Below are positions 1-8,750 of a stretch of DNA of 19,220 bases, piece by piece. A program made the position numbers and the translations under genes. Source of the DNA: a bacterium (lineage in GTDB: Bacteria; Krumholzibacteriota; Krumholzibacteriia; Krumholzibacteriales; Krumholzibacteriaceae); NCBI GenBank assembly GCA_020350885.1, contig CP070727.1:2925270-2944489 (forward strand), given 5' to 3'. How positions within the stretch are numbered: the stretch's first letter is position 1; every line of letters begins with the position of its first letter. The notes beneath the pieces were generated by a model, which ran no database searches, was not told where the DNA came from, and saw nothing but the letters and a program-made list of their open reading frames with translations.

Positions 1-600
1 CACGATCGTCCCATCGCTCTTTAGCCCCAGGCTGTGGTTATTACCCCCGGCAACGGCGATGAAATCCTCATTCGGCTCAGGGACAGTGCACTGGCCCTTG
101 TTGTTCTTCCCCCAGGCCACGATCGTCCCATCGCTCTTTAGCCCCAGGCTGTGGTATCCACCACCTGCGGCAGCGATGAAACCCTCATTCGGCTGAGGGA
201 CATTGCACTGGCCATCGTCATTCCTTCCCCAGGTCTCAATCGTCCCATCGCTCTTTAGCCCCAGGCTGTGATTTCGACCCCCTGCGACGGCGATGAAGCC
301 CTCATTCGGCTCTGGGACAGTGCACTGGCCATAGTTATTCTGCCCCCAGGCCTCGATTGTCCCATCGCTCCTTAGCCCCAGGCTGTGGAATCTACCACCT
401 GCGACAGCGATGAAGTCCTCATTCGGCTCTGGGACAATGCACTGGCCATCGTCATTCCTTCCCCAGGCCACGATCGTCCCATCGCTCCTTAGCCCCAGGC
501 TGTGTGACCCACCTCCTGCGACAGCGATGAGGCTGTCGAGAGCCGACTGCTCAACGGCAACTTGCCTACCCCATCCAACGATTGATCCGGTGGACTGACC
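1..600. repeat. 120-bp (40-codon) intragenic tandem repeat, 5 copies in window with period 120 (copies start at 1, 121, 241, 361, 481)
   Basis: Directly visible. The block cgtcccatcgctc(t/c)ttagccccaggctgtg...gcgatgaa..ctcattcggct..gggaca.tgcactggcc recurs every 120 nt, with roughly 85-90% nucleotide identity between copies. Confidence 0.9.
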
Positions 601-672
601 GTGTGCCGTGCCAACCGCAAGAGCCAGAATTACCAGAGAAAGTGAACTCATTAGTAGAAGCATTTTTCTCAT
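1..672 (-). CDS. Secreted RCC1-like (RCC1_2-type) repeat beta-propeller protein; 3'-partial, C-terminus lies beyond the window start
   Basis: The reverse-strand frame is open from 672 to the window edge. The ATG at 670-672 (complement) has GGAGG 8 nt upstream. The N-terminus MRKMLLLMSSLSLVILALAVGTAHG is a typical signal peptide. It is followed by at least 5 tandem 40-aa repeats FIAVAGGxxHSLGL(R/K)SDGTIxAWGxNxxGQCxVPEPNE, matching the RCC1 blade signature (G..HSL.L..DG.V.AWG.N..GQ). Confidence 0.8.
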   Translation of the reverse strand, partial: MRKMLLLMSSLSLVILALAVGTAHGQSTGSIVGWGRQVAVEQSALDSLIAVAGGGSHSLGLRSDGTIVAWGRNDDGQCIVPEPNEDFIAVAGGRFHSLGLRSDGTIEAWGQNNYGQCTVPEPNEGFIAVAGGRNHSLGLKSDGTIETWGRNDDGQCNVPQPNEGFIAAAGGGYHSLGLKSDGTIVAWGKNNKGQCTVPEPNEDFIAVAGGNNHSLGLKSDGTIV

Positions 673-782
673 GGTGCCGACCTCCTTAATAATGAGAAAT
701 GGTATCCCCGATTCCCCATTGATATGTATGGCGAACAAATTATATACAGCCACTTCACTTATTAAATATACCGCCTAACAAC

Positions 783-811
783 AGTATAAATCCCTTCTGA
801 AAGGATGTCAA
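783..811 (-). promoter_or_regulatory. Sigma70-type promoter for the RCC1-like gene: -35 TTGACA (806-811, complement), 17-nt spacer, -10 TATACT (783-788, complement)
   Basis: The plus strand reads agtata-N17-tgtcaa. On the minus strand this is a perfect -35 with a 5/6 -10 at optimal spacing. The predicted TSS near 776 gives a ~100-nt leader to the ATG at 672. Confidence 0.45.
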
Positions 812-960
812 CGACACGGACTTAACTTGTATTTTATACATTAATCGGGCGAAGCGTGACCTGGCGGGGCAATCGCTTCGCATCCCATATCTGCTTGTCC
901 GCCCAGATACTGATAGCTACTCCAAAGAATCCCTCGACGGGTCGGTGTGCCCGCTGCGGC

Positions 961-996
961 TTGGACATTCCAAAATGGTAAAAAACGTGGTATAAT
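961..996 (+). promoter_or_regulatory. Candidate extended -10 promoter (TGgTATAAT at 988-996, weak -35 TTCCAA at 968-973) upstream of the FG-GAP gene
   Basis: A perfect TATAAT hexamer is preceded by TGn. The -35 is weak, and the nearby TTGGAC (961-966) is 24 nt away, which is too far for a standard spacer. This is sequence pattern only. Confidence 0.25.
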
Positions 997-1155
997 CGAT
1001 CCGGTACGAGCTCGCGTGTCCCGCTCCAATTCTACGTTGTCAGAACGATCCCACCCGGTGCAACAGGAGTGGCAATGTGATCCGGGTGTCCCCGCCGCCG
1101 TTCAGTGATGCGAACGCGGTGATACATTGAATCGAAAAGTTGGAGGGTAATAGCC

Positions 1156-3063
1156 ATGTGCTGCAGATCCAACATCTGGAAATTCGGTTCGACTATCGCT
1201 CTGGGAATCACCATCATAGCATTAGCCGTCTCCTGGTCCACCGCCGTTCACAGCGATCCCGCCTCCGGGCGGGCAAACGAGCGTGACGAAACCCTGGCGC
1301 CATCCGTCAAGTTCGCCCCTGCAGCCGTAGCGACCGGATCGTCTGCAATCCGGCGACCGGCGGAGACGGCCGGCTGGCCCGAAGGCTTTTCACGCCTGCT
1401 ATCCAACACCAGCGGCACCGACTTCACCAACGCTATGTATTCCACGGCAGTGGGGGATCTCGATCGTGACGGGTTCCTGGAGATCTTCGCCTTGCGGAGC
1501 GACGGCTACATCTATGGATTCGACTGCTACGGGGGAGACCTACCGGGCTTCCCACTCGACCTGGTGGCCCTGGCCGGCTTCACCAACGAGCACAACACCA
1601 CCGGGCACATCGTCGCCCTGGGCGATCTGGACGGGAACGGCGTTCAGGAGATCGTCGCCGGGGTCAGGTTGCTAGATATCCCCGAAAGCAGGATGTTTGT
1701 CCTGGATATGTATGGAAATGTCTATGATTGGTGGCCGAAACAGGGCGTGCCGGCCGTGAAGATCCTCAAATCGACGCCCACCATCTGGGACCTCGACCAA
1801 GACGGCCTGTGCGAGATCATCTTTGGGTCGGGCGATGTCCCTGCTGCCTCGTACCTGTACGTTCTAAAACACGACGGCGTCACGCTCAACGGCAACTTCC
1901 CGCTGGTTTTTCCCGGCTCCTTCAACACCAGCTCATCCGTGGCCGTGGGTGACCTGGACGAGGACAACTACGAGGAAATCATCTTCCTGGGTGGGGACTT
2001 CCAGGTGCACGCGATCAACCACCAGGACGCCTCGGAAGTGCCCGGCTGGCCGGTGGCGGTTTCCGGTTTTCGCAACTCGGTGGCGGTCGGAGACGTGAAC
2101 GGGGACGGCAACCTCGAGGTCGTGGTCGTCGAGGACAACTCGAGTCCCGGCCAGGTCACGGTCCTCAACGCAGACGGATCGGTCCTTCCCGGCTGGCCCC
2201 AGACTTTCCCCGGAACCGGCGACCATGCCGGCAGCCCCAGCCTGGTCGACCTGGATGACGACGGCGGCATGGAGATCCTGTTCGGGGGCCGCGATTGGGT
2301 GAACATCTTTCGGGCGGACGGCACCCTCTTTCCCGGGTGGCCGCAGGCCGTGGACACCCTCGCCTCCTCCTCGATCATCAGCTCGAACGTCACCGTGGCG
2401 GACGTGAACGGCGACGGCATCAAGGAAGTCCTCTACGTCGAGCACGGGCCACTGCTGTATGTGTGGAGCAGAGATGGCTACATGTTGGAGCCTTTCCCTA
2501 TGGATTTCTCCCAGCCGCCGCTGGTCACCAACTGCTGGAGCACGCCGGTGATAGCCGACATGCAGAGCGACGGAGACGTCGACCTCGTGCTCACCTTCTT
2601 CCACATGGGAGCCCTCGGTCATCCGGAGGATCACATTGCCGAGGTGACCGTGGTCGACCTGGCGTACGACTACCAGCCCGAGTGGCGTGACTGGGTGACC
2701 TTCCATCGCGACCACCGGCACACAGGTGCGGTGCCGCTGGACTCGAGCACACCTGTGACCGAGCCGCCACCGGCAAGCTTGGTTCCAGTCCTGATCCTGG
2801 CCCAGAACCACCCCAATCCCTTCAATCCGCACACCACCCTGACCTACTTCCTGCCGGAGGCCGGTCACGTTTCCCTGAGCATCTTCGACGTGCGGGGACG
2901 GCTGATCGCCCGGTTAATCGACCGCCAGGAGACCGCTGGCAGGCACATGGCGGTCTGGAATGGCCAGAACCGGTATGGAAGGGCGATGCCGGCGGGTACC
3001 TACTTCGCCCGCCTGGTGATGGGTCCGCAGGTGTGTACCTGCAAGATGATTTTAACTCGATAA
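1156..3063 (+). CDS. Secreted FG-GAP/VCBS-type calcium-loop beta-propeller protein with a T9SS type-A C-terminal sorting domain
   Basis: 635-aa ORF with GGAGGG 11 nt upstream and an N-terminal signal peptide. It carries at least 8 repeats with the D-x-D/N-x-D-G-x-x-E-(I/V) loop (GDLDRDGFLEI, GDLDGNGVQEIVAG, WDLDQDGLCEIIFG, GDLDEDNYEEIIF, GDVNGDGNLEVVVV, VDLDDDGGMEILFGG, ADVNGDGIKEVLYV, ADMQSDGDVDLVLT) and recurring PGWP/PGFP turns. The C-terminus NHPNPFNPHTTLTYFLP...GTYFARL...KMILTR matches the Por/T9SS CTD (TIGR04183-like). Confidence 0.9.
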   Translation: MCCRSNIWKFGSTIALGITIIALAVSWSTAVHSDPASGRANERDETLAPSVKFAPAAVATGSSAIRRPAETAGWPEGFSRLLSNTSGTDFTNAMYSTAVGDLDRDGFLEIFALRSDGYIYGFDCYGGDLPGFPLDLVALAGFTNEHNTTGHIVALGDLDGNGVQEIVAGVRLLDIPESRMFVLDMYGNVYDWWPKQGVPAVKILKSTPTIWDLDQDGLCEIIFGSGDVPAASYLYVLKHDGVTLNGNFPLVFPGSFNTSSSVAVGDLDEDNYEEIIFLGGDFQVHAINHQDASEVPGWPVAVSGFRNSVAVGDVNGDGNLEVVVVEDNSSPGQVTVLNADGSVLPGWPQTFPGTGDHAGSPSLVDLDDDGGMEILFGGRDWVNIFRADGTLFPGWPQAVDTLASSSIISSNVTVADVNGDGIKEVLYVEHGPLLYVWSRDGYMLEPFPMDFSQPPLVTNCWSTPVIADMQSDGDVDLVLTFFHMGALGHPEDHIAEVTVVDLAYDYQPEWRDWVTFHRDHRHTGAVPLDSSTPVTEPPPASLVPVLILAQNHPNPFNPHTTLTYFLPEAGHVSLSIFDVRGRLIARLIDRQETAGRHMAVWNGQNRYGRAMPAGTYFARLVMGPQVCTCKMILTR

Positions 3064-3910
3064 GCTCAGCGCCTTGAGAATTCCAGCACAGACAGGTATT
3101 AGGCACTGCGAGCAAATTGTTTAGATAAATTGTAGGAGAATTCCCCAAGCCCATTGGAGAAGTTGGGGAAAAATGCGCAGGCCACGGGCGCAATCATGCA
3201 ATTAGTCAATTCGCTGAAATCTCCAACTATAATATTATCAACAGATAACCGAAGCAGAATCGTGACGGTAACTCCATGGCATACTATATGCGAATGCTTA
3301 TTTGTTTATAACAAATTCTTGTGCCAGCATCAGAGAACGGCTATAGCGTTGGCACATATGAAAGACTGTAAGCTATTAGAAATTAAGAATAAATGAAAGG
3401 GGGCGGAATCTTGGAAAAAAAGAAAAGAGACGTTAGTAAGGAGAATCAGTACAAAAAGCCGGAAATGCGGAAGCACGAGAACTTGAAGGACATAACGCTC
3501 TTGTCGTTCAGTCCTCCGGGGCGATAACACCGGTTAATATCTGTTTTCGGAGAAGTCATATTACGAAAAGGCTGCTTCAATTGAACAGCTTTGGTATCCG
3601 TAGAGTTAGATCCTAGACAATAGAAGCGTTATTAATGTGTGCCGGAATCGCTGCATCAAGTAGTGCAGTGTATGGTGGGCTATTCATGGAGTACATTTTT
3701 ACCTATCTATACCTTACCATCCATCCAAATTCCAAGAGTTCGAAAAGTAAACGTTACAGTAACCTAGAATCAGGGGGGAGGTGGATACATACGGACTGAC
3801 CGAGCATTAATGCCTTCGCGGTAGATTTTATCTGTTTCATCAACTAAATGAGTAGTAATGACTTTTTTGCTTTGAACGTTACTTACACCGAGATGAGGGG
3901 GTACGCATAA

Positions 3911-6871
3911 ATGTTATACAAAAAATGGTGCCTGATGATCACCGCCCTCGCAATTGTTTCCCTCTTCACCTTCACGAGTGTCCTGGCCGAAGGTCCCGAG
4001 AAGGCCGGGGCGAAGGTGCCGAAGCTGCAGAGCGTGCTGACGGAATTGAACGATACCTACGACAGAGGCGTTCTGACGGCGACACAGCAGCTGATAGATT
4101 CGAGAGGGCTTATCGTCAAGGACAACAAGGTTCGCGTCATGCTCGATCTAATGCCTGGAATGACGCCTAACGAGGCCGTTTTGCATCGGTACGGTGTCGA
4201 GGTCGAGAAGCGGCACGACACCTTTTGGCGCGTGCTCGTGCCGGTGGGCGCGCTGCGTGATCTGGCGGGAGACCTAGAGGGAGTGCGCTTCATACGCAAG
4301 CCGATGAAGCCGCATCCCGAGACCGGTTTGGATACGAGTGAGGGGGTTGCGCACACCAACGCAAATGCCTGGCACTCGGCCGGATACACCGGATCGGGTG
4401 TGGACGTTGCGGTGATAGACGGTGGATTTGGCTGGCTCTGCTGGGCGGAGGGTACCGGAGACGTACCGTCCAATACCAAGGTTACCTTCGGTGTGCCGTC
4501 ATTCTATGACGCCGGATGTGAGAGTGGAGATTGGCACGGAACGAACGTGACCGATATCCTGATCGATATGGCGCCCGATGTCGACCTGTATCTGATACGT
4601 ATCGGCGACGAGTCTGATCTCGAGGATGCCAAGGATTACTGCATCACCAATGGGATCGATATCATCAACATGTCCCTGGGGTTCTACAACCTCGGCGGCT
4701 ATAACGGAATCGGGCCACTGTGCGACATCGTCAACGATGCGCACGCCCACGATATTCTGTTTGTCAAGAGCGCGGGGAACAATCAGAACTATCATTACAT
4801 GGACATGTTCAACGATAGTGATGGGAACGGCTGGCACAACTTCTCGGGTGCAGACGAGGAGAACCTGCTGTACAACAATGACGGCAGTACGAGTAACCTA
4901 ACTGCAGGATGGGGTATGGACATCTACCTGTTCTGGGGCTGGCCGACGACCACGGTGGATTACGATCTCTATCTGTACCGGGTGGGGTCGGGAACACCGG
5001 TTGCTACATCGACCACTGCCCAGACCGGAGCACAGCCTGGTGTAGAGTCGATAGAAGTAACCCTTCCCTTCAACGGTCAGTACTACATCAAGATTCAGCG
5101 GGCAGACGGCACAGGGAACGCGCAGCTGAAGTTTTACACTGTTGGATACCAGCCGGAGTACAGGCATTCGGAGAGCAGTTTCTCCCAGCCTGCCGATGCG
5201 GTGGGGTGCTTCGCCGTTGGTTCCCGCCACCAGAGCGGCTGGGCGGCGGCGACGACTGTCGATGACTACAGTTCGTTTGGACCGACGCTCGACGGCCGGA
5301 TAAAGCCGGATATCGTAGGCCCATCATGCGTGGATGTGTCGATCTCGAGCCAGTGCTTCGGCGGCACCTCGGCTGCGGCGCCCCACGTGGCGGGTGCGGC
5401 TGCGCTCGTGATGGAGGCCTGCCCTGCGATGGATGTCGATGATGTGCGGGCCTTCCTCGAGGGCCGCGCAATCGATGTGGCTCCCGCGGGTAAGGACAAC
5501 GAGTGGGGATGGGGCAAGCTCGATATGGGTTCGCCGACCGATCCCTGTCCGACAGAGGAATCGATTGAGGTCACCTCGCCCAACGGCGGTGAATGCTGGG
5601 AGCACGGCAGCGTCCATAATATCACGTGGACCTCGAGCGGTACGAGCGGCTTGGTCGATATCAGATTCTCCTCGAACAACGGCGGCAGCTGGAGCTTGCT
5701 CTTCAACGATATCGCCGATGACGGCTCGGAGCCGTGGACTATTCCCCCTGTTGTATCCACTGACTGCCTGATCCGCATATGCGATGCCGACGCAACTCCC
5801 TGCGATGACGGCGACGGCACATTCACGATCGACGAAACATGCGAGTTTGTGTGTTATCCGGATCTGCCTGCACCGCAGCTTATCGTCGATTGCAAGGAGG
5901 ATTACCTCTACAACGGCCAAGAAATGACGCGGTACTATCTTGACGTCCTCAACTGGATGGCCTATCCGGACGAGCTCTTTACGCCTGCACCGGACTTACC
6001 GCCGTGCGGATCAAATACAAATGCGTCGAGGACTTGGGCGGAAATCTTCGCTGAGGACGGTACGAGGATATTCGGCTTCTGTGCGCAGGATAACGCCGCG
6101 GATCTCAATACCATGTGGTTCGCCGTGGAACGAGGGACAGAACCCGCTAATGTCTACATTGAAATATGGGATAGACGCTGCGATATCACATACCCGTCCA
6201 ATCTGGCATCGACGGATGTACCCTACTGTGAGGAGTGTGAGCAGCCGATACTATCGCTGTGTGGCTACAAGGAAGTAAGCTGGGCTGATCCTTTCTGGAC
6301 GGTTCAGGTGGAGATTCACAATGCGGGACCGGGGACGGCGAAAAATGTCACCGCCGCCATGAACTCGGATATTGCCTGGCTGGTGATTCCCGATCCGAAC
6401 TGTGCTTACGGAGATATCGCACAGAGCGCCAGTTCATGGGGACTCGACAGTTACACCTTCGACCTGAGTGCTCACCCAGGCGGCAGCTTCAATGTCTGGT
6501 TCGATGTGACCTATGAGGACGATTGCGGCAATCAGTACAGCTTGAGACTCGATCCGGAGTTTGACCGGAGATCAGGGGAGGAGACGCCGGCGCTTACCTA
6601 CAAGCTCGGCCAGAACTACCCGAATCCGTTCAATCCGAACACGACGATCAGCTTCCAGATTCCGGCGGCTGGTTACTTGAGCCTCAACATCTACGACGCC
6701 TCGGGTAAGCTCGTTAGGACACTCGTCGACGGGCACTGGAGCGAAGGACTCCATGCGGTGAACTGGAACGGCCTGGACAACAACGGCGCCGCCGTTGCAT
6801 CCGGTATCTATTTTTACAAGATCGACGCCGGAGCCTTTGTCGAAACGAAGAAGATGGTGCTACTCCGGTAA
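3911..6871 (+). CDS. Subtilisin-like serine protease (peptidase S8) with N-terminal propeptide, Cys-rich middle region, Ig-like module and T9SS C-terminal sorting domain
   Basis: 986-aa ORF with GAGGGGG RBS and a signal peptide. The catalytic triad is in D-H-S order: VDVAVIDGGF (Asp), DWHGTNV (His), SAGNN (oxyanion Asn), GGTSAAAPHVAGAAALV (Ser). An I9-like propeptide precedes the catalytic domain. The C-terminus QNYPNPFNPNTTISFQIP...GIYFYKIDAG...KKMVLLR is a T9SS CTD. Confidence 0.95.
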   Translation: MLYKKWCLMITALAIVSLFTFTSVLAEGPEKAGAKVPKLQSVLTELNDTYDRGVLTATQQLIDSRGLIVKDNKVRVMLDLMPGMTPNEAVLHRYGVEVEKRHDTFWRVLVPVGALRDLAGDLEGVRFIRKPMKPHPETGLDTSEGVAHTNANAWHSAGYTGSGVDVAVIDGGFGWLCWAEGTGDVPSNTKVTFGVPSFYDAGCESGDWHGTNVTDILIDMAPDVDLYLIRIGDESDLEDAKDYCITNGIDIINMSLGFYNLGGYNGIGPLCDIVNDAHAHDILFVKSAGNNQNYHYMDMFNDSDGNGWHNFSGADEENLLYNNDGSTSNLTAGWGMDIYLFWGWPTTTVDYDLYLYRVGSGTPVATSTTAQTGAQPGVESIEVTLPFNGQYYIKIQRADGTGNAQLKFYTVGYQPEYRHSESSFSQPADAVGCFAVGSRHQSGWAAATTVDDYSSFGPTLDGRIKPDIVGPSCVDVSISSQCFGGTSAAAPHVAGAAALVMEACPAMDVDDVRAFLEGRAIDVAPAGKDNEWGWGKLDMGSPTDPCPTEESIEVTSPNGGECWEHGSVHNITWTSSGTSGLVDIRFSSNNGGSWSLLFNDIADDGSEPWTIPPVVSTDCLIRICDADATPCDDGDGTFTIDETCEFVCYPDLPAPQLIVDCKEDYLYNGQEMTRYYLDVLNWMAYPDELFTPAPDLPPCGSNTNASRTWAEIFAEDGTRIFGFCAQDNAADLNTMWFAVERGTEPANVYIEIWDRRCDITYPSNLASTDVPYCEECEQPILSLCGYKEVSWADPFWTVQVEIHNAGPGTAKNVTAAMNSDIAWLVIPDPNCAYGDIAQSASSWGLDSYTFDLSAHPGGSFNVWFDVTYEDDCGNQYSLRLDPEFDRRSGEETPALTYKLGQNYPNPFNPNTTISFQIPAAGYLSLNIYDASGKLVRTLVDGHWSEGLHAVNWNGLDNNGAAVASGIYFYKIDAGAFVETKKMVLLR

Positions 6872-6896
6872 TACGATTGCACATCTTTGCTGCATT

Positions 6897-6927
6897 GGGA
6901 GGGGGAAGATTCCCCCTCCCTTTTATT
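6897..6927 (+). terminator. Rho-independent terminator downstream of the S8 protease gene
   Basis: A perfect 10-bp GC-rich stem gggaggggga (6897-6906) pairs with tccccctccc (6911-6920) around a 4-nt loop agat, and is followed by ttttatt (6921-6927). It starts 26 nt after the stop codon. Confidence 0.8.
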
Positions 6928-7192
6928 ATGAATACGTGCTACCTACAATGTAGCCGAATCGGTTCGCTGCACAGGCGCAATCACCTCTCGCCCAAGCCCC
7001 GTTGGTCACTTCTTGGGTATATCGGGAACTCTGCGTAAGATAATTCAGCGGCGTCCACGTGAGACCTCTATTACAGGATTGCTCACAAAGACCAAGGGAT
7101 AACAGCCCTAGGCGTGCATTGACGTTGTGATTCCCTACCAGGTGTGCTAGCATCCGGATCGCATACCAGAGAATATTCACCAGTGGTGATGC

Positions 7193-8710
7193 ATGATAGA
7201 ACGTAAAAGTGATAGGCGGCACGGGATTCGTCCGGCCGGAACCGCCAACGCCTCTCACCGGTGGCTGCGCTTCAGCGCAGTCCCCGTCGCGCTCGCAGTT
7301 CTCGTGGTCTGCGTATGCACCGACCGGGGTGATGAAGGGCCGCGCTATCCAGGCATCACTTGGAGCAGATACGCATCGCCGGAAGAGGCCGGCTGGTCAT
7401 CCGAGGGTCTCCAGGCAGCAAAGGCGATCTATGACGAGATGGGCTCTGATGCCTTTCTCGTTGTCTTCGACGGTGCCGTTGTCGTCGCCTGGGGAGACAA
7501 CGAGCGACGCTATATGTGCCATTCGGTGCGTAAGAGCTTTCTCAGCGCCCTCGTGGGAATATATGTCGAGGAGGGGAGAATCGACCTCGAGAAGACACTC
7601 GAGGAGCTGAAGATCGACGACGTTCCGCTGCTGACAAGCGAAGAGAAGGAGGCCCGCGTGGTCCACCTGCTCATGTCGCGCTCAGGAGTCTATCATCCGG
7701 CGGCCTACGAGACGCCCTCAATGAAGGAACGGCGGCCTCTGCGAGGGAGCCACAGACCGAACGAATTCTGGTACTACAACAACTGGGATTTCAACGCGCT
7801 CTGCACCGTCTTCGAGCAGGAGACCGGCGAGCGGATTTTCGAGGCATTCGAGAGACGCATAGCTGATCCTCTCCAGATGCAGGACTTCCGGCTCATGGAT
7901 ACGTACTATCACCTGGAAAAGCAACACTCCATCCATCCAGCCTATCCGTTCCGCATGTCCGCGCGCGACATGGCACGGTTCGGCCTGCTCTATCTTCGAC
8001 AGGGAGCCTGGATAGACCGATCGATCATCCCCGGAGAATGGGTGAGGGTGAGCCGACAGGCTTACTCGAAAGTACCCGATCGGGCGGGATCCGGGTACGG
8101 TTATCTGTGGTGGGTGAATGTAGATGAGGCGGATAGGAAGTCCGGCATGTACGCGGCCCTGGGCTACGGCGGACACATGATCGCTGTCTTGCCGAAGGAG
8201 AACCTGGTGCTCGTGCACCGATCCAATACCTACTTGAATGAGACCGTACGGACATCCGATATCCTCCGGCTCATCGATGCGGTACTCGATGCGAAGGTGG
8301 CGCCGCCCCGGACTGAGCCGCAGATTGTTCCTCTCGAGAACCTGCCGCCGAGCGCCGAAGCCGAGCCGGACCTCGCCGTCAACCTGAAGGATTTCTCGGG
8401 ATCGTTCCGATTCGATAGGGAGGAGCTCCTCGACAGCACAATCCCTTACATCATCGGGGACATGATCGGACAGAGCGTACGGATCGAGGTCGATGGTGGT
8501 CGTCTTGTTATGACCGACAACCTCGGCCAGAAGTTCTTTCTCGTCCCGAGTTCACCGACGGAGTGCCTCGTGGAGGAGATGGAGGTTCCGGCCCTTTTTG
8601 AAATTGATGACGAGGCCCGCCGCTGCGCGATCTTCCTCGACGGGAACCCGGCGTGGAGAATCCGCGGAGTGCGGATCGATACGTCTGGTGTAAAAGCTGA
8701 GGACAGATGA
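7193..8710 (+). CDS. Beta-lactamase-family serine hydrolase (PF00144-like, class C beta-lactamase/PBP fold), probably membrane-anchored or lipoprotein, with a ~140-aa C-terminal extension
   Basis: 505-aa ORF. The SxxK motif sits in CHSVRKSFLSALVGIYVEEGRIDLEKTLEEL, which is a near-textbook match to the family N-terminal signature. A YNN (YxN) motif lies in FWYYNNWDFN, and an HxG-like GYGGHMIAV motif follows. The N-terminal hydrophobic segment AVPVALAVLVVCVC resembles a lipobox or signal anchor. Start codon choice is uncertain. Confidence 0.88.
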   Translation: MIERKSDRRHGIRPAGTANASHRWLRFSAVPVALAVLVVCVCTDRGDEGPRYPGITWSRYASPEEAGWSSEGLQAAKAIYDEMGSDAFLVVFDGAVVVAWGDNERRYMCHSVRKSFLSALVGIYVEEGRIDLEKTLEELKIDDVPLLTSEEKEARVVHLLMSRSGVYHPAAYETPSMKERRPLRGSHRPNEFWYYNNWDFNALCTVFEQETGERIFEAFERRIADPLQMQDFRLMDTYYHLEKQHSIHPAYPFRMSARDMARFGLLYLRQGAWIDRSIIPGEWVRVSRQAYSKVPDRAGSGYGYLWWVNVDEADRKSGMYAALGYGGHMIAVLPKENLVLVHRSNTYLNETVRTSDILRLIDAVLDAKVAPPRTEPQIVPLENLPPSAEAEPDLAVNLKDFSGSFRFDREELLDSTIPYIIGDMIGQSVRIEVDGGRLVMTDNLGQKFFLVPSSPTECLVEEMEVPALFEIDDEARRCAIFLDGNPAWRIRGVRIDTSGVKAEDR

Positions 8711-8750
8711 ATAAGGGGCGGTATCGTAGTTTCGCCTGTGAGGTTCCCCG

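Noticed and set aside
841-1241. Two 62-69-aa minus-strand ORFs in the divergent intergenic region
   Set aside because: They overlap predicted promoter elements and the start of the FG-GAP gene, and have no RBS or motif.
1933-2868. 311-aa minus-strand ORF, plus several other plus and minus ORFs between 1248 and 2776, inside the FG-GAP gene
   Set aside because: Antisense or out-of-frame ORFs are typical of high-GC DNA. They have no domain signatures, and the sense frame has strong repeat and CTD evidence.
3154-3396. 80-aa plus-strand ORF and 66-aa minus-strand ORF (3330-3530) in the AT-rich spacer
   Set aside because: No RBS and low-complexity, odd composition. They are most likely open by chance in AT-rich DNA. 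Kept only as part of the spacer finding.
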